Positions 1 through 10,637 of a DNA stretch of 64,000 nt are shown one piece after another. The DNA is from Hyaloraphidium curvatum SAG 235-1 (Eukaryota > Fungi > Monoblepharomycota): the NCBI GenBank assembly GCA_025558095.1, contig JAIVFI010000029.1, positions 186,001-250,000 of the forward strand, written 5' to 3'. Positions within the stretch are counted from its first letter, which is position 1, and each line of letters opens with the position of its first letter. The notes beneath the pieces are model-generated. The model was not told the DNA's origin. It did no database searches and saw nothing but the letters and a program-made list of their open reading frames with translations. A program made the translations under genes and the position numbers.

Positions 1-127
1 ACGGAGTTCCGACGGAGCGATGTCCCGATCGAAGAACAACGAAACGCGTGATGAAATATCCATGTCCCCTGACACCCAGCGACAAAGATAGCGAAGGGAC
101 AACTAGACAGCCCATGTCGCAAGCCCC

Positions 128-856
128 TCACAGCTTCGCCCTCGCCGCCTCCTCCGGCCCGTCCACGCTCATGTAGTGATTCAACCCCTCCGCTCCCAGC
201 CCCTCCGCAAACTGCAGCCACGCGATCCTCTTCTCTGCCCCCGCGCCGGGCCCGGCCTCGTGGTTCTCGAACAGGATCGACCCCACCCCATCCTCCCGCC
301 CCGGATCCCGTACGAACACGCGAAAGGGGCAGCGGTACGCCCGCGACGCAGCGGCGATCGCAACGGCGTCCCCCAGGAACCCGGGTCGCCTCAGCAGCGA
401 CACGTAGTCCGCGAACTCGTCGCCGCCGGGGGATCGGGAGCCCGACCGCGTCCGGGAGCGCTCGATGCCCTCGGACATGATCACCGCCACGTCGTCCTCG
501 TAACGTTTGCGGTCCCCCTCGATCTCGTCGGCCACCTTCTGGCGCACTTCTAGGTGGCGAGTGGGCGTGCGGTGCAGCTGGTGCGAGAGGGCGCGGAACA
601 GGCAATCGCCGCCTCCCCCGGTCTCGACGGGCACGAAGCCCTTGGCGCGAAGGGCAGATATGAGGTCGCGTGGCGGCGGTGACCTCGACGAAGAGCGCGT
701 TTGGGCGAGGTGCAGCATCGGGGCCGGCGACGCGACCGACGCGCGCTGGCCGAGGTAGATGGCCGCCGCGGCGAGCGCGGTCGCGGAGGAGAGCACGGCA
801 ATCTTGTAGCCGAGCGACGCGCCGGGCGGCGGAGGGGCTGGCCGCGGAGGCGCCAT
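128..856 (-). CDS. OTU-family cysteine protease (deubiquitinase) with N-terminal hydrophobic anchor
   Basis: Single 242-aa ORF. OTU Cys box GGGDCLFRALSHQL, C-terminal His box NHYMSV, and a hydrophobic segment IAVLSSATALAAAAIYL near the N terminus. Confidence 0.85.
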   Translation of the reverse strand: MAPPRPAPPPPGASLGYKIAVLSSATALAAAAIYLGQRASVASPAPMLHLAQTRSSSRSPPPRDLISALRAKGFVPVETGGGGDCLFRALSHQLHRTPTRHLEVRQKVADEIEGDRKRYEDDVAVIMSEGIERSRTRSGSRSPGGDEFADYVSLLRRPGFLGDAVAIAAASRAYRCPFRVFVRDPGREDGVGSILFENHEAGPGAGAEKRIAWLQFAEGLGAEGLNHYMSVDGPEEAARAKL

Positions 857-1011
857 CGGAACTGGCGACGTGTCGCAGATGGAGGTTGCGACGCGATCGA
901 TCCACCTTCTGGACCTTGTGTCAACCCAAAGATCTATGGTCCTCGAGAAATCTCAAGAGATTCTACGACTTTTTCTCCCCCGGCCGCGGTCCCGATCGCC
1001 CCCCGCGCCGC

Positions 1012-3055
1012 TCAAAGCAACTTGGCGGCCTCGACGACCTTGGCAGCCGTCATCCCCAGCTCCTCCATCACCTTCCCGCCGGGCGCGGAGATGCCGAACC
1101 TGTCGATCGCCACGACCTTGCCGTCGAGCCCGACGTACTTGTACCACGCCAGGCTGACCCCGGCCTCGATCGCCACCCGCTTGCGGCACGCCGAGGGGAG
1201 CACCTGCTCGCGGTACTCGGCCGACTCGCGGTCGAACGCCTCGAAGCAGGGCACCGAGACCACGCGGGCGCCGGGGCCGAGCTCCTTGGCCGCCGCGACG
1301 GCGTGCTGCACCTCGCTGCCCGACGCGAGCAGGATGACCTGCAGGTCGGCCTGCTCCTTGACGAGCACGTACGCGCCCTTCAGCACGCCGTCCCTGCGCA
1401 CCGAAGCGGGGTCGAACGACAGGTTGGGGACCACCTGCCGCGTCAGGGCGATCAGGGTGGGTCCTGTGAGCCTCGCGGCGGCGTGGGCAAAGGCGCCGGC
1501 GGTCTCCTCGGGGTCCGCGGGGCGCACGACGTCCAGGTTGGGGATCACGCGCAGGCCCGAGACGGTCTCGACGGGCTGGTGCGTGGGGCCGTCCTCGCCC
1601 ACGCCGACCGAGTCGTGCGTGAAGATGTAGATGACGGGCAGGTGCGAGAGCGCCGCGAGGCGGATGGCGGGGCGGCAGTAGTCGGCAAAGACGAGGAAGG
1701 TGGCGCCCGAGGGGCGGAAGACGCCGTCGTATGCGATGCCGTTCATGATGGAGCACATGGCGTGCTCGCGGATGCCGAAGCGGATGTTGCGGCCGCCCCA
1801 GTTCGTGGGGGTCCAGTCCTTGGACGAGTTGATGTAGTTGAGCGTCGAACCTGGAATGGGAGGCACAATGAGCGCGTGCTTGACGAAGACGGGGGCGCCC
1901 AGAGTGCGACAACCCACCGTAGAGGTCGGCGGACCCGCCGATCAGCAGCGGTAAGGCCTCGGCGACGGGCTGCAGCGCGTCGGAGCCGGCCTTGCGGGTG
2001 GCGATCTTGGCATCGGCCGGGAACTCGGGGATGGCCTTGAGCAGCGCGGCCACGTCGACCTTGTCGCGGTTCTCGAGCACCGCCGCCAGCTCGGCGTTGC
2101 CGGCCTTCCACTTGGCGTACTCGGCGTCCCACGCCTCGCGCTCGGCGGTGCGGGTCGCCTTGAGCTTGCCAAAGAAGTCGCGGGTCTCCTTGGACACGTA
2201 GAAGTGATCCTCGGGCAGGCCGAGAGCCTTGCGCGCGGCGTCGACGAACTTGGCGCCGCCCTCGCCGTGCGCCTTCTGCGTGCCGGCGACCTCGGGGATG
2301 CCCTTGCCGATGGTGGTCTTTGCGATGATGATGTGCGGCTTGCCCTTGACCTCCTTGGTCTTGTCGAGCGCGGCGGCGAAGGCGGCCATGTCATGGCCGT
2401 CGATGGTCTGCACGTGCCAGCGCAGCGCCTCGAAGCGCATCGCGGCGTCGTCGTCCTGCGTGGCGTCGGCCATGGCGTCGAGCGTGACGTCGTTCGAGTC
2501 GTAGATCAGCACGAGGTTGTCGAGCTTGGCGTGGCCGGCGAACGAGATGGCCTCGAGCGCGACGCCCTCCTGCATGCAGCCGTCGCCGGCGAGCACCACG
2601 ACGCGGTGGTCGAACAGCGGGCCGAACTTGGCGGCTGCCATCTTGCCGGACACGGCGTAGCCCACGCCGTTAGCCACGCCCTGGCCCAGCGGGCCGGTTG
2701 TCGCCTCGATGCCGGGCGTGTCCTCGAACTGCTCTGGGTGGCCGGGCGTCTTGGAGTGCAGCTGGCGGAACGCCTTGACGTCGTCGAGCGACAGATCGTA
2801 CCCGGCGAGGTGCAGCCACGCGTAGATGAACATGCTGCCGTGGCCGGCCGACAGGATGAAGCGGTCGCGGCCGAGCCACTTCGGCGCCGCCGGGTCGAAG
2901 CGCAGCGCGTTGCTGCCGAACAGCACGGCGCCCATCTCGGCGCACCCGAGCGGCAGCCCGAGGTGGCCCGACGCGCACTTGTGCACCGCGTCCATCGCGA
3001 GCCCGCGCGCCTCGGCCGCGGCCCGCGCCAGCGCAGGAGTGTCCAACGATGCCAT
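1012..3055 (-). CDS. TKL1: Transketolase (2 exons; intron 1851-1917)
   Basis: Motifs [28 protein letters not shown], the TPP-binding GDGCMQEG...[12 protein letters not shown] and [19 protein letters not shown] 67-nt GTGGGT...CCAG intron joins the two ORFs as ADLYG/STLN. Confidence 0.97.
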
Positions 3056-3726
3056 GCTGCGGATCAGGCGGCGGAGGGCGATGGCGGAGGGCGAATGGCC
3101 GTGGGCGACGAGGGCAAGAAGCCTGTTTCAAAATGCCGACGCCGGAGCCGACCCGGCCGATCTTCCGTTGGCGCAAGACGTTCCGCGGCACACGGCACAT
3201 CCGCGACCACCGATCTCCCATTCTACTGCCTGGAACAAACGTGTATTCATCCTCCATGTACAGTCGGCCCAGACGAAGGCCGATTCACAATCAATGTCGG
3301 TAGCAGCCCCACGATATCCCCCCACAAGGGCGCAATGCCTCTCGGTGTCCATTCTCGGTCTCCAACAAGTTCCTCCCACTGAATCATGCGATAGAGTGAC
3401 ACGCTGACTAGACTCGGTCTACCGGAGCAGCACCGAGCAGCTGCTTCGCAAGAGCGACACCCGAAGATCCGAACATCGGTGTCCAGTTCTCCCTGGTCGC
3501 CGATGTCGAGCCCGTTTCGCATCAAGCCCACGAGTCCCGTGAGGAACGTTCTTTCGGGGCCGCGAAATCGGCCCGCGGCTTCTCCGCAAGGAACCCAAAA
3601 GCGTCGCAGAAGCCCGCTACCAAAGTCCGCGCCGAGGAAGCAAACGAACCTCAGAGGCCGATTGGAACCAAGCTCCGATAAGGCGGGGCAACAAGGACAG
3701 ACCAGAAGCCGAACAGTAGCCGGCGC

Positions 3727-4248
3727 TCAGGTCCCCAGCTTGCCGAGGGTATCGAGAGTCGCTGCGAATGAGCCCTCGAACTCCTTCCTGGCCTTCTGCT
3801 CCGTTTGGATGTGGGCAGCCTCCACGGCGATGGAAAGGGCGGTCCCGGAAAGCTGTTTCGGCTAGAAACAGAGGTCGTTCAGTCGTCTTCAGGTAAGAGA
3901 GTCTGCAGGGGAACCAACCTCTGGTTTCCCCTCCTCCTTCCCGTTCACCAGCCGCACAAGGTCCACCATGTCCACCTCCGTGGCCAGCTGCTCCTTTAGC
4001 CGCTCGTCCTGGCCCGTCCTTTTGGGTTTGCCAGCGGCCTTTGCCGACGCCCCCTTGCCGTCCTTGGCATGGCCCGAGTAGGGCGAGAACCGGCCGGCCT
4101 TGCCCTTTCCATACTGCTGGCCACTACCGTGGGCTTTTTTGCCCTTTTGCGGCCCCAAGGACGCCGGAGTGGGGCGGGACATGTCGACCGGCTCGTTGTT
4201 GATTTTTGGCGTCGCGGCCGACTCAAGCGTTTTGCACCTCTCACTCAT
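3727..4248 (-). CDS. Small basic hypothetical protein (2 exons; intron 3862-3918); start codon uncertain
   Basis: A Lys/Gly-rich ORF followed by a 57-nt GTTGGT...CTGAAC...TTCTAG intron in phase 0, giving ...KPE/PKQLSGTALSIAVEAAHIQTEQKARKEFEGSFAATLDTLGKLGT*. Lies head-to-head with RLP24. Confidence 0.55.
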
Positions 4249-4336
4249 CGCTCTCTTCCGCGCCATCGGAGCCTCTTCAGGCAGTCTCATACACATCGCG
4301 GCGGAAAGGTCCCCCTGACGTGCCGGACGCGCCGCC

Positions 4337-4946
4337 ATGCGGCTCGAAAAGTGCTTCTTCTGCTCGTCGACGGTCTACCCGGGCCACGGGATCCAGTTCG
4401 TTCGCAACGATGCCAAAATCTTCCGGTTCTGCCGGTCGAAATGCCACAAGAACTTCAAGATGAAGCGCAACCCCCGCAAAGTGCGGTGGACCAAGGCGTT
4501 CCGGAAGGCGGCGGGGAAGGAGATGACGATTGTGAGCACCGCTGCGTGCCGGCGGGGGAGGAGGGTAAGCTGACGATGGGACGCAGGATTCGACGTTCGA
4601 GTTCGAGAAGCGGCGGAACGTGCCGGTCCGGTACGACAGGGACCTCATGCACACGACGCTGTCGGCCATGAAGCGGGTCACGGAGATCCGGCAACGTAGG
4701 GAGCGGATCTTCACCCTGCGACGGTGGGTCGCCATCGTCCTTCATTCCGAGGCGATTGCTGAGGTTGCTTTCCGGCGCCGCAGAATCTCCAAGGCGAAGG
4801 TCCAGGAGCGGGAGGCGGCGGCCAAGGAGGTGGAGAAGAACATCGACATCATCCAGGAGGCGCCGCTCAAGCAGCGCAAGAAGCTGCTGGAGAAGAAGCA
4901 AAAGTCCAAATTCATCGAGGAGACGAGGGACATGGAGATTGCATGA
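4337..4946 (+). CDS. RLP24: Ribosome biogenesis protein RLP24 / RSL24D1 (3 exons)
   Basis: [63 protein letters not shown], then [20 protein letters not shown]. Introns at about 4532-4588 and about 4723-4783. Confidence 0.97.
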
Positions 4947-5136
4947 GCTGGCGGCGGCGGGCGCTGTTGGGTGTGCAGGCACGGAGCTTCCTTATACCCC
5001 CATTCGAGGTTGTATTGCCTTTCTTTGACGAACACGGACGATTTGTTGCGCCGGTGAATCAAGCCCTGCTTGGGGTCCAATAGGGTATCATTGAACAAAT
5101 AGCGACAGAGGCACATGAGACAAAGCTAATCACTAA

Positions 5137-7601
5137 TCATCGTGACGTTTCCGAGTATTCAGATGTCGGCGTGGTCACGGACTCGGGGTCCGAAGGCGTT
5201 GGGGGCGTCCGCCCAGCCCCGAGCTTCTCCAAAACTTCGAAAAGCTGCGTCCGATCGATCGGTTTCGGGAGCCAATAATCGTATCCCGCCTCGAGGCACA
5301 TCTCCCGATCGCGATCCAGCGCGTGCGCCGTGAGCGCGATGGCCGGCAAGCGCGGGCCGGAACCCGCTTCGGATTCCTCTGCCGCACGGACCCGCTTGAT
5401 GACCTCGATGCCCCCGACCTCGGGCATCTGTAGGTCGCTTATGAGCACGTCGTACTGGGCCCCGTGCGCACGCCATTCCTCGAGTGCCTCCCGCCCGTTG
5501 TTGCAGAGGTGGATTTGGTGGCCGAACTGCTTGAGCAGGCGTTCGATTAGGAGCTGGTTGACCTTGTTGTCCTCGGCCACCAGGACCCGGAACGGTATGG
5601 TGTTGGTTCCAGGCCTGCCATTGGCACGCTTCGAGGAGCGTCCGGATCGTCGTCCGCGAGCTGCACTCTGCGTTTTGAGGCCAAAGTAATCGCCGTCCCC
5701 GTTGGCACCTCCGCTGCTCCGCCGTCTTTGCAAGTCCGAGGCGTCCCCATCCTGCGGCGGAGACGCCTCGGAATACGCCGGCGGCTGCAAGGAGAATGTA
5801 AAGGCCTGCCCCTCCAAAATGAGCGGCGAGTCCTCCATCGTGTCCATCGTTTCCACGCTCCTGAAGATCGGTGACGCATCGTCGTCGTCGTCGTCGTCCT
5901 CCAGCCCGAGACCAACGAGAACCGTGAAATAGAACTCGCTGCCCTCCCCCTCCGCAGACCAAGCGATGCCGAGCGTGCCTCCCATCATCTCGCAAAGCCG
6001 TTTGGAGATGGTCAGCCCGAGTCCGGATCCGCCGTGTTTGCGAGTTATGGACCCTGATCGGCGGAAGGTCAGACTTGCCATGCAAGAGGATCAAGAGAGA
6101 CTAACCATCGGCCTGGCGGAAAGCTTCGAATATGACAGGCTGCTTCGCTTCCGGAATGCCGATTCCCTGCGCGCTGCGGGATCAGAGCGTTTCGTTTCCA
6201 TCGCAAAGTGGAACCCACGGTGTCGCGGACACTGAACTTGAGGCACGTGGGCACGGTCAGATGAGCATCAGCCAAGGTTTCAGCCGGCACGGCGTCGACG
6301 GTGACGCGTATTGAACCTTTCGAGGTGAACTTGACTGAAGCCAACGATCAGGAATACAAGTAGAGCAGCGATTCGGCGACCCAGACCCACCGGCATTTCC
6401 GATCAGGTTCAAAAGGACCTGATTAATCCGCTGCTTGTCGCCGATGACCATCTCAGGCACCTCCGGCGACACGTGGATGGTGAAATCGATGCCCTGCTGC
6501 TTGGCCTTCATTTGCAGCGGCTTGAGGACCGCTCGAACGTTCGAAGCGACGGGGAAGGGGTGCGGCCGGATCTCGAGCTTGTTGGCCTCGATCCGCGAAA
6601 AGTCCAGTATGTCCGATATGATCCCTAGGAGCGTCTCCCCGGAGCTCCGAACGGTCTCGAGGAGCTCGCGTTCCTCCGCCCCCATCTCCCCGTTCCGGCA
6701 CAGCTCCTCGGTGAGGCCCAGGATCCCGTTGAGAGGTGTCCTAATTGGAGCCAGAGTTTAGCTAAACGGAACGAAGGAGAATGACAGTTCCTTACCTGAT
6801 CTCGTGCGACATATTTGCGAGGAACTCGCTCTTGGCCTGGCTCGCTTGGCTGGCGACGGAGGCCATTTCGGCGTAGCGAATACGAAGCTGTTCCTCCGTG
6901 CTGACCAGAGAGATGCGCGATTGGAACACGACGTAGCTGATCGTCGTCGAAAAGATCAAGCCAAAGGCAAAGTGGCCGGTCAATGGGTCCTGAGCAAACG
7001 GCTCGATAGGTGCGCCGTCCCTGTACCAAGGGAAGAACGTCCGAAAAATCCACGTCCAGGCCGAGTCCGAGTAGAACGCAATCCACCACCAGCTCAGCCA
7101 TGCCGCAGCGAGGAAGCCAAGCAAGTAGTTTCGGTCTAGAAACATGGCACCCGCCAAAATCACCAGGATCATGGCGTTGCTCGACTGCTTCATATCGCGT
7201 TCAAGGAACAGATGGCACATCGAGTTGAGCATGAGAAGGCCCGTGATGACAGCCACTAAGGGTTGGGCGACGCGGTGGTAGGTCCGATTGAACCGCTGCG
7301 GGTTTCCTCTCCTCTTCCTGTGGATCAGGAGCTGGCCGACGGCGATGAAGAGGGTGGTGAACCCGGCCAAGCCTGCCATGAGCCACGAAAGAGGCGCGGG
7401 AAGCGCGAACAAGTGGGCCACGCAGAGGAAAGCATAGTTCGCGCCTGTGAGCCACAGCATCGAGGGCACGGAAGCCATGGTCGAGACGTCTGCGGCAACG
7501 CGGAGAAGCTCCGGAGGCGGGGGAGGTAGAGTCTCGGTCTCGTCCAGGCCATCGACATCCAAGATCCCGCTTGGTTGACGATGCGGCGCCAGTAGCGCCA
7601 T
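5137..7601 (-). CDS. Membrane-bound hybrid histidine kinase (multi-TM sensor, HisKA, HATPase_c, receiver); 5 exons
   Basis: H box KSEFLANMSHEIR/TPLNGILG, ILDFSRIEA, N box QVLLNLIGNA/VKFT, G1 VRDT/GIGI, G2 TRKHGGSGLGLTISKRL, and receiver LVAEDNKVNQ...SDLQMPEVGG...IALTAHA...KPI. About six hydrophobic segments lie N-terminally. Confidence 0.93.
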
Positions 7602-8065
7602 GGCGGCGGCCGGCGCCCTTCAGGGCGCACCTGTCGACCCGAGGCGGGACCGGGATCGGAGTGTTTTGGCTGCGGTTGCGCAGGATTCCGGCATCCCCCA
7701 TCAAGGCCGATTACGCCGTCCCTAACAAGCAGTGCTTCGTCGATCCGAGGGGAGAAGTCGTGAAGCAGAGTTGCTGGAAACGGATGCAATCAAGGCCGAG
7801 GGCCGAGGGACAGGATTGTTGAGTCGATCTACAGCAATGGAGGCAATGAGAAGTGACTGCAAGAGCCATCGTCCAAAGAGATAGATAGAAAAGTGTCTCG
7901 CCCCTCTTTACCAGCACTCTCAATCATCAAACTCCCGCCTCTGACGGTGATGGTGCGGGGGGTGCGTAGTTTGATCAACAGTTGGGGGGGAGGATCGACG
8001 GTCGATTCACCATCTGCCCCGCATCCACGACTACAGCCCGTCCGGGACGCGGCGCCGGAGCGAAA

Positions 8066-10316
8066 ATGGCTCAGGAGGAGTTCGATTTGTACGCTGACTT
8101 CGGCGGCGACGACTACGACCTCTACGGCGACACCGAGTTCGGCGGATCCTCGGCTGCCGGCCCGAGTTCGACCGCGGCCGCAGATCCGCCCCCGAAAGAG
8201 CAAGCGGCACCATCCACCGGCGCAGCAGACTCCGCAGAGAAGAAGGAGGAGAGAAAGGAACCCCCGCCGGTCGAGGGCGCTCAGCGGATCCAGACTTTGG
8301 AGGAAGTCCAGTACGCGTCTGGCGGAGATGCTGGCGGCCCCGAAGAGACCAATCAAGCGTGAGTCTCGTGTCGAGGACATTTTGGAAGGGTCGAACATTC
8401 GGGACGGCGGGTGTTGGGCCTTCTTTGTGCGGTTGCGGACGAGGTAACGTCGCCGTGGAGTCGGAACGCGTTCCTCGCTGAAGTGAGCTCAATCGCAGGC
8501 TCGCACAATGCTTGCGGCTTGGCACCATTGTCTTATCCGTTTCTGGCCCGGCGAGCCCGCTGGCGCCGTGTTCCTTTGTCTCGCGCCTAACCTTCGTCGT
8601 CCCCTTGCCATGCCCGCCGCTTCCCCACTTTGATCGACAACGTAGCAAAATATTCGTCGGCGGGCTTAGCTGGGAAACTTCAGAGGGTGAGCGTTAGCTT
8701 TCGTAGCCTGAGGCGCACGAGCCTGCGCGCGGACGGCCTTAGTCGCACGGTAGCGAGTTCTGGACGCCCCGGCCTAGACTTCTTAGCCGACAGATCGGAG
8801 AACGACCTGTGCGACACTAAGCCTAGACCGCGCCTGGAATAAACCTGCCTGCTGCGAACTTTGGCTGCCGCTGCGCGGGCTCGTGCTGATCTGAGGATCG
8901 CCGGTCACGGGAAGACGATGGCGAGATTCCTTGCTTTCGATGGAGCTCGTTTGGGCTTGCTATATCCCCTGGAGGAGACCGGCCTCGGTACCGCATAGAT
9001 CGGTGTTGGTGCATGGAACAATCGCTCAGCCTGAGAACGATCTGTTCGGCCAGGCCGCGAACCCGTTCATTTAGGAGCCGCCGCGGTTGAGGCGGCTTAG
9101 TTGACGGCATTGCGCCCGTGTTTTAGGGCCGCCACATCGGCGGTTGTTCGAATGCTGAGCTTACCATTCCTTTCTTCTTCCTTTCATGTTGGCCTTCAGA
9201 TGGCATGCGAGACCATTTCGCGCAATGGGGCCCCGTGCGCGAGTGCATCATTATGCGAGATCCCGCGACTGGTCAATCCCGGGGTTTTGGCTTCGTCATT
9301 TTCGAGAGCGCGGAGACGATCACCGAGGCGTTGAAGGTCGAACACTGGCTCGATGGCAAGCTCGTGAGTTACCTGTGGATCAAATCTGGATGACACGCGT
9401 AGGCTAATCGTCGTCACGATTCAGGTGGACGCGAAAAGAGCTACGACGAAGCCGTCGGCGGAAAGGACCGAGAAGATCTTTGTGGGCGGGGTGCATCCCG
9501 AGGTCACAGAGGACGAGTTTCAAGAGTACTTCGGCCAGTTCGGAAAGGTTGGTCGCTGTAGTTTTGTGCGGTGCTCATTGCTCATGTTGATCGGTCCTTC
9601 AGGTCGTTGAAGCTCTGCTCATGTACGACCGCGAAACCGGGCGGGCTCGAGGTTTCGGGTTCATCACTTTTGACAATGCGGACGTCGTGGACATCGTGCT
9701 GGAACAGCAAGGACATCTTTTCTTCCGCGGAAAGCCGGTGAGTGTGGCTGCTTGCCTTGGAGAAAGCTTAGTTCTAAATGCGTTTGGGAAGGTCGAGGTG
9801 AAACGTGCAGTACCGCGACACAAGGCCCCGCCCCCGACCGCATCTTTCCCGCGTCGCAACGTCCCTCCAGCGGGTGCGGCTCCGGCCGCGGTGCCCTCCT
9901 ACTCCGGAGCGTACCCCGACCCTGGGTACGTCGACACTCGCGCCTCGTACGCCGGCCCGATCAGGCAAGCAAGGCCGCCCCCGCAAGCTTATGGCTATGG
10001 CCCTCGCCCTTACGGATACGGGCCGCGTCCCTACGGCGCCGGCCCTCCTCCTCGTTACTACCCAGGCCCTTACGGCCCTCCTCGCCCGTACTATCCGGAG
10101 TACGGCTTCGCGGGCGGATATGGCCCTGGCGGGGTCTACTATCCGGGAGGGGGAGCGGCGCCTCCGCGGCCTGTGCCTGGTGGACCAGGTTGGGGTAGCC
10201 CGCCGGGTCCCCAACGAGGAGGAGCATCCCCGCCGGCCCCTACGACGCCTCCGCACAACACGGGTGGCGGTCAAGGGAGGAACAACCATGGATACCATCC
10301 ATACTCGCGGCCTTAA
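8066..10316 (+). CDS. Two-RRM RNA-binding protein, Hrp1/Musashi/hnRNP A-like (6 exons)
   Basis: Exons 8066-8358, 8646-8686, 9200-9363, 9425-9547, 9603-9737 and 9792-10316. RNP2/RNP1 motifs KIFVGGLSWET...RGFGFVIF and KIFVGGV...RGFGFITF. The G/P/Y-rich tail ends in a PY-NLS-like GYHPYSRP. Confidence 0.93.
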
Positions 10317-10637
10317 TCGCGAGCAGTACCTTCTTTTCTGGAGCATGGTGCGGGACTGTGGAAGGGCAGCGTAGATCGGATGTAGCGGCAATTACGGAGG
10401 GTATACTAATGCATCAGACGGAGCATGGACATCTCTAGGCAACGATCGGTCCTCGGCACGGCATTTACGCCCCAACCTCGCGCCACGGGCAGAAATGACG
10501 TGGTCCGTTGGTTACGTTGGGGTCCAATGCAGGCCGTGGGGGCCCCTGCGCCTGCCCCCGGCCCTTCCAAACACCCCATCGCGGCCAGCCCTCTCCGGCC
10601 GCCAGCTCCTTCCCGCCCGCCGCAAAAGGAGCGAGAC

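Noticed and set aside
1851-1917. Apparent frameshift in transketolase (and in many other genes)
   Set aside because: Explained by canonical GT-AG introns, so these are not pseudogenes or programmed frameshifts.
670-3382. Long plus-strand ORFs (456, 309, 392 aa) over transketolase, and similar ones elsewhere (33917-36085, 43160-45445, 43374-45587, 16214-18139, 56271-57998)
   Set aside because: These are antisense or alternate-frame shadows of real GC3-rich genes. They have R/G/A/P-rich or mirror compositions and no motifs.
3247-3729. TGA at 3727 followed by about 160 open codons and an ATGA...AA...GA stem near 3355-3390 (minus strand), suggesting selenocysteine read-through and a SECIS
   Set aside because: There is no selenoprotein-family motif around the TGA, the extension is not protein-like, the AA-to-GA spacing is too short for a canonical SECIS, and the element would lie inside the extension.
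6792-7601. Ethylene-receptor identity for the kinase membrane domain
   Set aside because: It lacks the ETR1 CxxxH spacing, the 3-TM layout and the following GAF domain.
8359-9199. TPP riboswitch or intronic C/D snoRNA in the long RRM-gene introns
   Set aside because: A CTGAGA occurs at about 9030, but the remaining TPP aptamer core is absent, and no RTGATGA...CTGA pair was found.
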